A DNA stretch of 64,000 nucleotides from Fidelibacterota bacterium (GTDB taxonomy: Bacteria > Fidelibacterota > Marinisomatia > SCGC-AAA003-L08 > JACNLC01). This document shows, piece after piece, positions 1 through 8,863 of the stretch. Where the stretch lies: positions 2 through 64,001 of the forward strand of contig JACNLC010000061.1 in NCBI GenBank assembly GCA_014381725.1, written 5' to 3'. The notes beneath the pieces are model-generated. The model did not search any database. It worked only from the letters and a program-made list of their open reading frames with translations, and was not told the origin of the DNA. The position numbers and the translations under genes are program-made. The stretch's first letter is position 1. Every line of letters starts with the position of its first letter.

Positions 1-22
1 GTGAAGGTTTCAAAACTAATCG

Positions 23-54
23 TAAGGGCGAGTGCAAACTTGCCCTTATTTTTT
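23..54 (+). terminator. Rho-independent terminator of an upstream off-window gene
   Basis: An 11-bp stem TAAGGGCGAGT/ACTTGCCCTTA (one G-U pair) closes a GCAA loop and is followed directly by TTTTTT. Confidence 0.7.
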
Positions 55-290
55 GAACACCGAACATCGATTAACGATTCTTGGTACATTGTAGTAGATT
101 ATTGAACTTGTAAATTTGTCCTACCAACGAATAAAACACTCTGGAGTGCCACCCAAAATCGTCGCAAATGCTATTTACGATTATAGATGACAATTAAGAC
201 TTTAACTTACACGAAAGTGGATACTATTTGTGTTGATTTGTCGATTATGTTGCATTTTTATATTTCAAAATAAATTATTTTATATTAAAT

Positions 291-310
291 TAGACCGACT
301 GGTCGGTATA
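291..310. promoter_or_regulatory. Candidate TetR operator overlapping a -10-like TATAAT
   Basis: Near-perfect palindrome TAGACCGAC-TG-GTCGGTATA. Its right arm runs into TATAAT (307-312), about 20 nt upstream of the TetR gene start. Confidence 0.5.
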
Positions 311-327
311 ATATTTAAAGGAAATGT

Positions 328-942
328 ATGGCAGCAAATAAATCAAAAGAAGAAAGACAGCATCAAATACTCGAAGCAGCGTTAGAAGTCTTCGTGAAAA
401 AGGGCTATTCTGAAACTAGAATGAGTGACATAGTAGATAAGTCCGGTCTGAGTAAGGGAGCAATCTACCATTATTACAACAGCAAACGAGATTTATTTCT
501 ATCTCTAATCGATCATTGGGAAACGCATACATTTCCAGATTTCTATTCAAAAGACGACGAAAAATCTGCATCTGAAATTCTTAGAGGTTTTGTCTCTGAA
601 ATAATTGATACATTCCAAAACCGAAAATATGTATTTCTTGCCGAATTAGAGTTTTGGGCATTATCAAATCGAGATGAAGAAATTCGCAGTCGAACGAAGC
701 AATTATATGCTAAAATTTTGTCACTATTCGAAAAAGTAATACAAAAAGGAATTAGCGACGGAGAATTTGATATTATTGATCCAAAAAAATCAGCACTAGT
801 AATTATGACTTCATTACAAGGAGTAATTTGGTTCACAATTTTTGAACACCAAGATTTCACAGTAGAAGAATACTTAAACGATGTGATGGATCAAATGATA
901 TTAGGTTTCAAACAACCATTGAAAAAATTGGAGTTAAAATGA
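328..942 (+). CDS. TetR/AcrR family transcriptional regulator (FadR-like by context)
   Basis: N-terminal TetR HTH (ILEAALEVFVKKGYSETRMSDIVDKSGLSKGAIYHYYNSKRDLF). It lies directly upstream of, and overlaps by 4 nt, the beta-oxidation genes. Confidence 0.9.
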   Translation: MAANKSKEERQHQILEAALEVFVKKGYSETRMSDIVDKSGLSKGAIYHYYNSKRDLFLSLIDHWETHTFPDFYSKDDEKSASEILRGFVSEIIDTFQNRKYVFLAELEFWALSNRDEEIRSRTKQLYAKILSLFEKVIQKGISDGEFDIIDPKKSALVIMTSLQGVIWFTIFEHQDFTVEEYLNDVMDQMILGFKQPLKKLELK

Positions 943-2705
943 AAAAAGGCGCAAGTTTTATAGTAACTAATGTAGATAAAGGGAGTGTATTCTCTAAAGA
1001 ACAGTTTACGGAAGAACACAAAATGTTTGAAGAAGCTGTAAGTGAATTCGGTAGAGATAGAATTTTACCAGTTGTTAAAGAACTAAATGTATTCAACACA
1101 GAACTTACTCGTGAAATATTTTCTGAAATGGGTGAATTGGGCTTTCTTGCTGTGGATTTTCCAGAAGAATATGGTGGATTAGCTTTGGATAAAGTTACAA
1201 CTCTAATTGTTGCTGAAAAATTAATGACAGGTGGAAGTGCTTCAATTCTAGTTACTGTGTCAGATCATACTGGTATTGGAACTTTACCCATTATTTGGTA
1301 TGGAAGTCCAACTCAGAAAGAAAAGTATCTCCCAAAATTAGCTTCAGGCGAATGGATGGGATCTTTTGCTTTAACAGAATCTGAAGCAGGTTCTGATGCC
1401 CTTGCTGGGAAAATGACCGCAACACTAAATAAAAAAGGTACGCATTACATTCTTAACGGAACTAAAATATTTGTTACAAACGGAAGTTGGTCAGAAGTTT
1501 GCGTTACATTTGCAAAAGTGGATGAAAAATTTACAGCTTTTATCATCGATAAAGATTGTCCCGGTTGGGTAGTTGGTCCCGAAGAACATAAATTGGGCAT
1601 CAAAGGGTCATCTACTTGTACATTCTTCTTTGAGGATTGCAAAGTACCGGTAGAAAATGTATTAGGTAAGGTTGGTCAAGGAGCGGCTATTGCTTTTGAT
1701 GTTCTTTATACTGGTAGATACAAACTTGGAGCTACTACAATGGGTGGTTCTAAATATGTAATTGATATAGCTATTGAATATGCACTTGAACGAGAACAAT
1801 TTAACCATAAAATAACCGATTTTGGAATGATTCGTAGAAAATTTGCGGATATGGTTATTAAATCCTGGGAAGCAGATACAGTAACATATATGACAGCTGG
1901 AGCCATTGATGAAGCTATGCAGGAAATTCCTCGAAGCAATAAATCTTACTACAAAATTCTTCAGAAAGTGATTGAAGATCATGGTATTGAAGCTTCCATA
2001 TCTAAAATTGTTGGTTCAGAAGCTCTAGCTCATAATGTTGATGAAGGAGTTCAAATTTTTGGAGGAGCTGGCTTTATAGAGGATTACGCAATTGCTGGGA
2101 TGTATCGTGATGAGAGAATCAACAGAATTTTCGAAGGCACTAGCGAAATCAACCGTTTACTTATTGGTGGAACTTTGCTCAAAAAAGCAATATTGGAAGA
2201 AATACCAATTCGTGAAATGATTTCAGAACGAGAAGAGAATTGGATTCCAAAATTGGATATAGCAGAGAATGATCCACTTTACAAAGAAGCACATATCGTT
2301 GAATTTTCACGAACTTTATTAATACAGACACTCAATGAACTAATCTTGAAATTTGGTCAAGATTTGAAGAACGAACAATGGGCGTTAGAACACTTATCAA
2401 ATTTGGTAATTTCATTAGCTATAATGGATAGTGGTTTAAAGAGATATTTCAATTTACCAAATGAATATCAACATAAAGATATCGTTATAGACATTTTAGT
2501 AGCTTCAATCAGTTATCATTCTAACAATATTCAACAATGCATAAAAGAAATCTACAATTGGATATTTGATGAAAATGATGCACAAATTAAATTTAGTAGA
2601 ATACAAAATAAAATGGAAGAATTGAAATATTGTCCGCAAACTATTTCAGCCAAACAGAGAATAGCTGATAAATTGGTTCAATTAAAACATTACTTTTTAG
2701 ATTAG
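939..2705 (+). CDS. fadE: Long acyl-CoA dehydrogenase (about 590 aa, Bacillus FadE/YusJ-like)
   Basis: Acyl-CoA dehydrogenase motifs (FALTESEAGSDA, IFGGAGFIEDYAIAGMYRDERINRIFEGTSEINR) plus a C-terminal extension. Confidence 0.9.
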   Translation: MKKGASFIVTNVDKGSVFSKEQFTEEHKMFEEAVSEFGRDRILPVVKELNVFNTELTREIFSEMGELGFLAVDFPEEYGGLALDKVTTLIVAEKLMTGGSASILVTVSDHTGIGTLPIIWYGSPTQKEKYLPKLASGEWMGSFALTESEAGSDALAGKMTATLNKKGTHYILNGTKIFVTNGSWSEVCVTFAKVDEKFTAFIIDKDCPGWVVGPEEHKLGIKGSSTCTFFFEDCKVPVENVLGKVGQGAAIAFDVLYTGRYKLGATTMGGSKYVIDIAIEYALEREQFNHKITDFGMIRRKFADMVIKSWEADTVTYMTAGAIDEAMQEIPRSNKSYYKILQKVIEDHGIEASISKIVGSEALAHNVDEGVQIFGGAGFIEDYAIAGMYRDERINRIFEGTSEINRLLIGGTLLKKAILEEIPIREMISEREENWIPKLDIAENDPLYKEAHIVEFSRTLLIQTLNELILKFGQDLKNEQWALEHLSNLVISLAIMDSGLKRYFNLPNEYQHKDIVIDILVASISYHSNNIQQCIKEIYNWIFDENDAQIKFSRIQNKMEELKYCPQTISAKQRIADKLVQLKHYFLD

Positions 2706-2717
2706 GAGAAAATAACA

Positions 2718-3848
2718 ATGGAAAAATATTCAGTAATTATAGATGGTTTAAGAAGTCCAGTTGGAATTAAAAATGGTAACCTAATTGGAATTCGTCCAGT
2801 CGATTTAACAGCTCAAGTAATCAAAGGGTTACTTGAAAGAAATCCTAATGTAAAACCTGAAATAATAGAAGATGTTGTATTAGGTTGTGCATTTCCCGAG
2901 GGGAATCAAGGGATGCTTGCTGCGAGGGGAATCTCAGTTTTGTCTGGAATTCCAAAAGAATCTGGAGCTAAGGTAGTTAATAGATTTTGCGGGTCTTCTA
3001 TGGATGCTCTTCACCAACTAAGTCAGGCAATAAACAGTGGAGATATTGACGCTGGAATTGCTTGCGGAGTTGAAGATATGTTTGGAGTTCCAATGGGAGG
3101 ATATAATCCTACATTTCATCCTGAATTGTACAAAATGGGTTTGTATATGGGTATGGGCGAGACAGCAGAGAATCTTGCAAAGGATTTAGATATTTCTAGA
3201 GATGACCAAGAAGAATTTGCCATTCAATCTCATAAAAAAGCTTTAGACGCAATTCAAAACGGACGATACGACAACGAGGTTGTTCCAATTGAATACAATG
3301 GTCACTTGGTTAAGAAGGATGAGGGACCTCGTGAACCAGATGTAGAAAAAATTAAATCGTTATCTCCAGCATTCGATGCTAATGGCACTATCACACCGGC
3401 GACTTCCAGTCCTATTTCAATTGGAGCATCAGCGGTAATTGTTATGAGTAACACAAAAGCTGATAAATTAAATTTGAAACCTGAATTTAGAATTGTAAGC
3501 CGAGCTATTGCTGGAGTTGATTGGACTCGAATGGGGGCAGGTCCACTTCCTGCAACCGAAAAAGCCCTAGCAAAAGCTAGATTAACTATGGAAGATATTG
3601 ATGTTATAGAACTCAACGAAGCATTTGCAGCACAGTCGTTGTATGTAATTCGTAAAGGTGGATGGGACAGCAGTAAAATCAATCTGAACGGTGGCGCAAT
3701 TGCAATTGGCCATCCACTTGGATGTTCGGGAACTAGAATATTGGTTACGCTAATGAATGTTATGAAACAGCAATCATCTCGATATGGTTTGGCAACAATG
3801 TGTATAGGTAGTGGACAAGGAATAGCGACAATTATTGAAAGAATATAG
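2718..3848 (+). CDS. fadA: Acetyl-CoA acyltransferase / 3-ketoacyl-CoA thiolase
   Basis: Thiolase signatures: NRFCGSSMDA (active-site Cys), NLNGGAIAIGHPLGCSG, CIGSGQG. Confidence 0.92.
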   Translation: MEKYSVIIDGLRSPVGIKNGNLIGIRPVDLTAQVIKGLLERNPNVKPEIIEDVVLGCAFPEGNQGMLAARGISVLSGIPKESGAKVVNRFCGSSMDALHQLSQAINSGDIDAGIACGVEDMFGVPMGGYNPTFHPELYKMGLYMGMGETAENLAKDLDISRDDQEEFAIQSHKKALDAIQNGRYDNEVVPIEYNGHLVKKDEGPREPDVEKIKSLSPAFDANGTITPATSSPISIGASAVIVMSNTKADKLNLKPEFRIVSRAIAGVDWTRMGAGPLPATEKALAKARLTMEDIDVIELNEAFAAQSLYVIRKGGWDSSKINLNGGAIAIGHPLGCSGTRILVTLMNVMKQQSSRYGLATMCIGSGQGIATIIERI

Positions 3849-3850
3849 TT

Positions 3851-6202
3851 ATGGACAAATTTCAAATTAACAAAGTAGCCATTTTGGGTTGCGGTGTGAT
3901 GGGAAGTCAGATAGCGGCACATTTTACTAATGCCAAAATTCCTGTTTATGCTTTTGATATAAATCAAGAAACAGCAGAAAAAGGAATAGCGTTCAGCAAA
4001 AAATTAAAACCAAATCCTTATTACAATCCAAAATCTATCGGATTGATAACTCCAATGAATTATGATGACCATATTGAAAAAATAGCTGAATGCGATTGGA
4101 TTATTGAAGTAATTGCTGAACGGTTGGACTTAAAACAATTGGTTTATCAAAGGATTACTCCTCATCTTAAAAAAGATGCAATTGTAACATCAAATACATC
4201 TGGAATATCATTATCTGAGCTAACCTCTGAGTTGAATGAGGATGTAAGAAAACGATTTTTCATTACTCATTTTTTCAATCCTCCTCGATATATGAAATTA
4301 TTAGAGATTATTCAATCTTCAGATAATGATCCTGAAATTATTGCATTTTCTGTTAAATTTCTCGAAGAGGTTTTAGGCAAAGGAGTTGTGTATGCAAAGG
4401 ATACTCCTAATTTTGTTGCTAATAGAATTGGCGTATTTGGATTAATGGCAACACTAAACGCTGCTAGAAAATTTAATTTATCAATTGAAGATGTTGATGC
4501 TCTTACCGGAACACTTATCGGAAGGCCAAAGAGTGCAACTTTCAGAACTGCGGATGTAGTTGGTTTGGATACATTAGCGTTTGTTGCTCAAAATGCATTT
4601 GACAAATGTGAAGATGATGAACAAAGAAAAATCTTTGAACTTCCGGATTATCTTAGAAAGATGCTTGAGAATAAATGGTTAGGGCAAAAATCAGGTCAAG
4701 GATTTTATAAAAAAATAAGTAAAGGGAATATCCATTCTCTTGAGCTGGATTCTTTAGAGTATTCTCCACAAAACAAGAAACGATATCATGGAGTTCGCCT
4801 TGCTCGCGAAAACACAAAACTGGATGGCAAAATTCACGATTTGGCGTATGCAACTGATACTGCTGGAAAATTCACTTGGGATGTGCTATCCGGAACTTTG
4901 ATATATTCCGCAAATCGTTTGATTGAAATTACTGATAATATTGTCAATATCGATAGAGGAATGCGTTGGGGATTTGGTTGGGAAAGAGGTCCATTTGAAC
5001 TTTGGGATATTCTAGGTCTTGAAAAATCAGTTACCAAAATGAAAGAAGAGGGCAAACATATTCCATCTTGGATAAAGCAAATGATTGACGATGGAATCAC
5101 CAAGTTTTATGATTTTATAGATGGGATTGAGTGTCTTTATTGCCCAACTGAAAAAATGTATAAACCAATTCCAGTTCACCCAAAAAGTAAAACATTCAAA
5201 ATGTTAAGGAAATCTGGTAAGCTGATTAAACAGAATTGGTCTGCATCAGTCGTAGATTTAGGTAATGAAGTAGCAGGAGTTGAGTTTCATTCTGTTTTGA
5301 ATTCTGATTTGAATCCAATTGATGGCTCGATTATGGAAACTTTGCAATGGGCAACAAACTGGGTAAAAGAAAATAGATATAAAGGATTAGTTATTTCCAG
5401 TGACAGCACACATTTTTCAGCAGGTGCTAATTTGAATTTGATACTAAATTCTGCTATGCGAAGAGCTTGGGATGAAGTTGAACAATTGAGTAAGAGTATG
5501 CAAGACATTCTACAAGAATTACGATTTGCTCCATTTCCTGTAATTGCAGCTCCTTTTGGAATGGTTCTTGGTGGAGGTTACGAAACTATCGGTGCCTGTG
5601 ATAAAAGAGTTTCAGCAGCTGAACTTTATTGCGGGCTGGTAGAAGTTGGTGTTGGATTGATTCCAGGTGGAGGCGGAAACCTTAGGATGATACTAAATCT
5701 TACCGACAAGATGGCACCGGCACGACCTGGGCCATTTCCCATTGCAATGAAAACATTTGAAGCAGTCGGATTTGCTAAAGTATCAAGTTCAGCAAAAGAA
5801 GCACAAGCTCTCGGATATTTAACAAAAAATGACAAAATCGTTATCAATCGTGATTATATTCTATCAGAAGCTAAATCTGAAGTTTTGAAAATGGCTAAAG
5901 ACTATACTCCACCGGAATATCGAGAAGACATTATTCTGCCTGGAGAAGATGGGCGATTGGTGATGGAATCATCTATAAATGATTTTTTGAAAACCGGAAA
6001 AATAAGTGAACATGATGCTCTAATTGCAACAAAACTCGCTTATGTTTTGACAGGAGGTGACAAAGGAGGTAGTCTTTCTCCAATTGATGAACAATATTTA
6101 TTGGATATAGAGCGAGAGAAGTTTGTCAGTTTATGCGGTGAAAGTAAAACTATTGACAGAATTCAGTATATGCTAAAAAAGGGGAAACCACTTAGGAATT
6201 AG
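3851..6202 (+). CDS. fadN: Bifunctional 3-hydroxyacyl-CoA dehydrogenase (N-terminal) / enoyl-CoA hydratase (C-terminal), FadN-type
   Basis: N-terminal Rossmann motif (AILGCGVMGSQIAAHF) and a C-terminal crotonase fold (FSAGANLNL, VLGGGYE). The domain order matches Bacillus FadN/YusL. Confidence 0.9.
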   Translation: MDKFQINKVAILGCGVMGSQIAAHFTNAKIPVYAFDINQETAEKGIAFSKKLKPNPYYNPKSIGLITPMNYDDHIEKIAECDWIIEVIAERLDLKQLVYQRITPHLKKDAIVTSNTSGISLSELTSELNEDVRKRFFITHFFNPPRYMKLLEIIQSSDNDPEIIAFSVKFLEEVLGKGVVYAKDTPNFVANRIGVFGLMATLNAARKFNLSIEDVDALTGTLIGRPKSATFRTADVVGLDTLAFVAQNAFDKCEDDEQRKIFELPDYLRKMLENKWLGQKSGQGFYKKISKGNIHSLELDSLEYSPQNKKRYHGVRLARENTKLDGKIHDLAYATDTAGKFTWDVLSGTLIYSANRLIEITDNIVNIDRGMRWGFGWERGPFELWDILGLEKSVTKMKEEGKHIPSWIKQMIDDGITKFYDFIDGIECLYCPTEKMYKPIPVHPKSKTFKMLRKSGKLIKQNWSASVVDLGNEVAGVEFHSVLNSDLNPIDGSIMETLQWATNWVKENRYKGLVISSDSTHFSAGANLNLILNSAMRRAWDEVEQLSKSMQDILQELRFAPFPVIAAPFGMVLGGGYETIGACDKRVSAAELYCGLVEVGVGLIPGGGGNLRMILNLTDKMAPARPGPFPIAMKTFEAVGFAKVSSSAKEAQALGYLTKNDKIVINRDYILSEAKSEVLKMAKDYTPPEYREDIILPGEDGRLVMESSINDFLKTGKISEHDALIATKLAYVLTGGDKGGSLSPIDEQYLLDIEREKFVSLCGESKTIDRIQYMLKKGKPLRN

Positions 6203-6294
6203 TAAGAATTAGTAGAAGACAGTCAGGCGAAAATATATTCGTAAATTATATGGTTTCGTTGTGAAAAGTTAATAAGTTCATAAAGTTACTAGTA

Positions 6295-6323
6295 GGGGCG
6301 AGTCATTGATTTGTCCCTTTTTT
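6295..6323 (+). terminator. Rho-independent terminator after the fad cluster
   Basis: Stem GGGGCGAGT/ATTTGTCCC (contains G-U pairs), loop CATTG, then TTTTTT. Confidence 0.55.
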
Positions 6324-6501
6324 GTTTCCCAAAAAAGTGTCTTTTAATAAGTGATAAATTACCTAAATTTAGAGATAGTTGCAGAGGATAGAATCCTGTA
6401 GTAAGTAAATTGAAAGGTAAAGTATTGAAATAAATCCGATTTACCATTTTAATGAGGTAAAATTGGGAATAGAATTGATAAATGTTATTACAATTGTGGA
6501 G

Positions 6502-7809
6502 ATGAAACAGCAAATAAAGGAATATTTAACTTTTTTCAAATTTTTCAGAAGAAAGTTAGAACTATCAAAAATTTATAATAAGTGGCTGATAGCTAATAAA
6601 CCTTTACATACTAAATATTACAATATACTTGGTATAGTATTGTTAGCCCTTTTGATACCTTTTGATTTTCTTCTCTTTGAAAAAGGATTGATTTACACTC
6701 GCATCCGGTTTCTTGCAATATCAGTTATTTTTATTAATTTAGTTATCTTTTATAAGTTTAGCTGGAAACAACAATTTGTAAAGAAAGATAGTTTTAAACT
6801 ATCCTTGTTTTTACCAGGAATAATTTGGAATATTATTTACACTTTTTACTTATATTCCACTACTGGAGAAGACTATACGATTGTACTTCTTGCAAATTTC
6901 TTGGTTATAATTATTTCCACTTTATTTTTGTATCGTTATTGGAGAGAACAATATACTATTAATTTTGTATCTATTTTGCTATTGGGTGTTGCAGGTTATT
7001 TAAAACCTAGTATTTCTCATGATTGCCTATTGTTGGCAGGTTTTCATGGAGTTTCATTTATCACAGCATTATTCTATCGTAGAAAATTCATTGAATCTGT
7101 TTTTGAAAAATTTAACTTAACATCGTCGCTAGTACCTAGAAAAATAGCAAGTATTATAGCAATTTCTGATAGCGATTTATCACTCGAAGGAATATTTGAT
7201 GTTAAAGAACGATTTACTGTTTGTTTATGTTCTGACTGGAGAGATTATCAAAGTTTGGCTTCAAAATATGATCCGAAATATATTGGTAAATTGTTTGAGC
7301 ATTTTTATGACATCGTATTTGAGGAACTTGATATTAATATACCAGATGGTAATTATTACGCAGATTGGACAGCTGACGAATTATTTATTATTTTCTATAG
7401 TGAAACAGACGACAAAAGAGAAACTCTACTTAATGCTTTAAGATTTGCTCAAACACTAGCGAGTAAAGTATATGATCGTGTTGTATCAGAAATTGAAGTA
7501 GAACTAAAATATGATATTGGACTGGCTAGTGGGATGGGGTTACTCGGTTTACAAGGACCACGAAAACTTAAGAAAACTACAATTACTAGTGAAACAGCAG
7601 GGACTGCAAAAAGGTTGGAAACTGAAGCTAAATATATAAGAAATAAAACCATGGATTGTAGCAATTACCCACTCTTAGTTATGGATAATTATCTAAAGGA
7701 AAATACTAAAGAAATTGAGGAATTTAGTGATGGGAATTGTAAAGACATTATTGCAAAAACAAAAGATATTAAAGATAATCAATTTTATTTATGGCAATAC
7801 AAAAATTAG
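6502..7809 (+). CDS. Multi-pass membrane protein with a divergent class III nucleotidyl-cyclase-like C-terminal domain
   Basis: About 6 hydrophobic helices precede a segment resembling a cyclase homology domain (FTVCLCSDWRDYQSL, ADWTADELFIIF, TITSETAGTAKRLE). The ATG at 6502 is preferred over the TTG at 6463. Confidence 0.5.
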   Translation: MKQQIKEYLTFFKFFRRKLELSKIYNKWLIANKPLHTKYYNILGIVLLALLIPFDFLLFEKGLIYTRIRFLAISVIFINLVIFYKFSWKQQFVKKDSFKLSLFLPGIIWNIIYTFYLYSTTGEDYTIVLLANFLVIIISTLFLYRYWREQYTINFVSILLLGVAGYLKPSISHDCLLLAGFHGVSFITALFYRRKFIESVFEKFNLTSSLVPRKIASIIAISDSDLSLEGIFDVKERFTVCLCSDWRDYQSLASKYDPKYIGKLFEHFYDIVFEELDINIPDGNYYADWTADELFIIFYSETDDKRETLLNALRFAQTLASKVYDRVVSEIEVELKYDIGLASGMGLLGLQGPRKLKKTTITSETAGTAKRLETEAKYIRNKTMDCSNYPLLVMDNYLKENTKEIEEFSDGNCKDIIAKTKDIKDNQFYLWQYKN

Positions 7810-7942
7810 AAATGATAGTTTTGTGATTTATATCACATAAATTGGATATTAAAATATTTTATCTAAATTAATGATAGTTGGTTGATTAAATTATATACAG
7901 AGATTTGAACGAACATTCTAAAAATGGAGGAATTTTAAATTA

Positions 7943-8734
7943 ATGCGTCTTGAAGTATTTATAAATAAACCAGAGCAGGATGCAAATGATACACCTATTA
8001 TTTTTATACATGGTGCTTGTCATTCTGCTTGGTGTTGGGCAGAACATTTTCAAAACTATTTCGCTGATAAGAAATTTGAATCGCACGCTATTAGTTTGAG
8101 CGGGCACGGTAATAGTTACAGTTGTAAGAATATTAAATTAAAAAGAATATCAGACTATGTGAATGATGTTCGATATATTGCATCAAAATTTGATAAACCA
8201 CCGATATTAATTGGACATTCAATGGGTGGCTATATTGCACAGAAATATGCTAAAGATCACAAAGCATCTGCACTAGTTTTAATGAATTCAGTAGCACCTA
8301 TAGGGTTTTACAAAACACTTTTAAAATTAGCAAGGAGACATCCTCTTAAATTCTTAAAATCTACTTTAACTTTTAATATATCTTCATATCTTACAAATCC
8401 TAGGATATTTAGAGATTTATACTTTACAAAAGATACTCCCAAACATATTGTAAATAAATACAATCATTTACTTCAAGACGAATCTTATATGGCATTTTTG
8501 GACATGTTATTTACTAGAGTACCTAAATCAAGTTTTGAGGATCTGCCGATATTGGTCATCGGAGGGGAAAACGATAAAATCACATCCCAAAATGATATCA
8601 AACAAACTGCAAAATATCTAAATGCTAAAGATGTTAAAGTATTTGCAAATATGGCACACGATATGATGCTAGAATCAGAGTGGCAATCAGTTGCTGATTT
8701 TATAATAGCTTGGTTAAACGGTATAAAATCGTAA
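7943..8734 (+). CDS. Alpha/beta-fold hydrolase
   Basis: Nucleophile elbow GHSMGG, an oxyanion-region HG (FIHGACHS), and a C-terminal His (MAHDMM). Confidence 0.8.
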   Translation: MRLEVFINKPEQDANDTPIIFIHGACHSAWCWAEHFQNYFADKKFESHAISLSGHGNSYSCKNIKLKRISDYVNDVRYIASKFDKPPILIGHSMGGYIAQKYAKDHKASALVLMNSVAPIGFYKTLLKLARRHPLKFLKSTLTFNISSYLTNPRIFRDLYFTKDTPKHIVNKYNHLLQDESYMAFLDMLFTRVPKSSFEDLPILVIGGENDKITSQNDIKQTAKYLNAKDVKVFANMAHDMMLESEWQSVADFIIAWLNGIKS

Positions 8735-8863
8735 CAAAAACAAATATTTGACACATTCATAGTTCTTATTCCAAATAAAAATATTCGTGAATATTTATGT
8801 TGGATTATCCAGTAGAGTTTGGGTATTATTAACTCTGTTTTCCAAAAAGAAAAGAAAGGGATA

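Noticed and set aside
3302-3967. 221-aa ORF on the minus strand, together with many other antisense ORFs (e.g. 543-860, 8485-8925, 41855-42343, 50248-50910, 15121-15531).
   Set aside because: Each lies entirely antisense to, or out of frame with, a strongly supported conserved gene and has low-complexity or odd composition. This is typical of spurious ORFs in AT-rich DNA.
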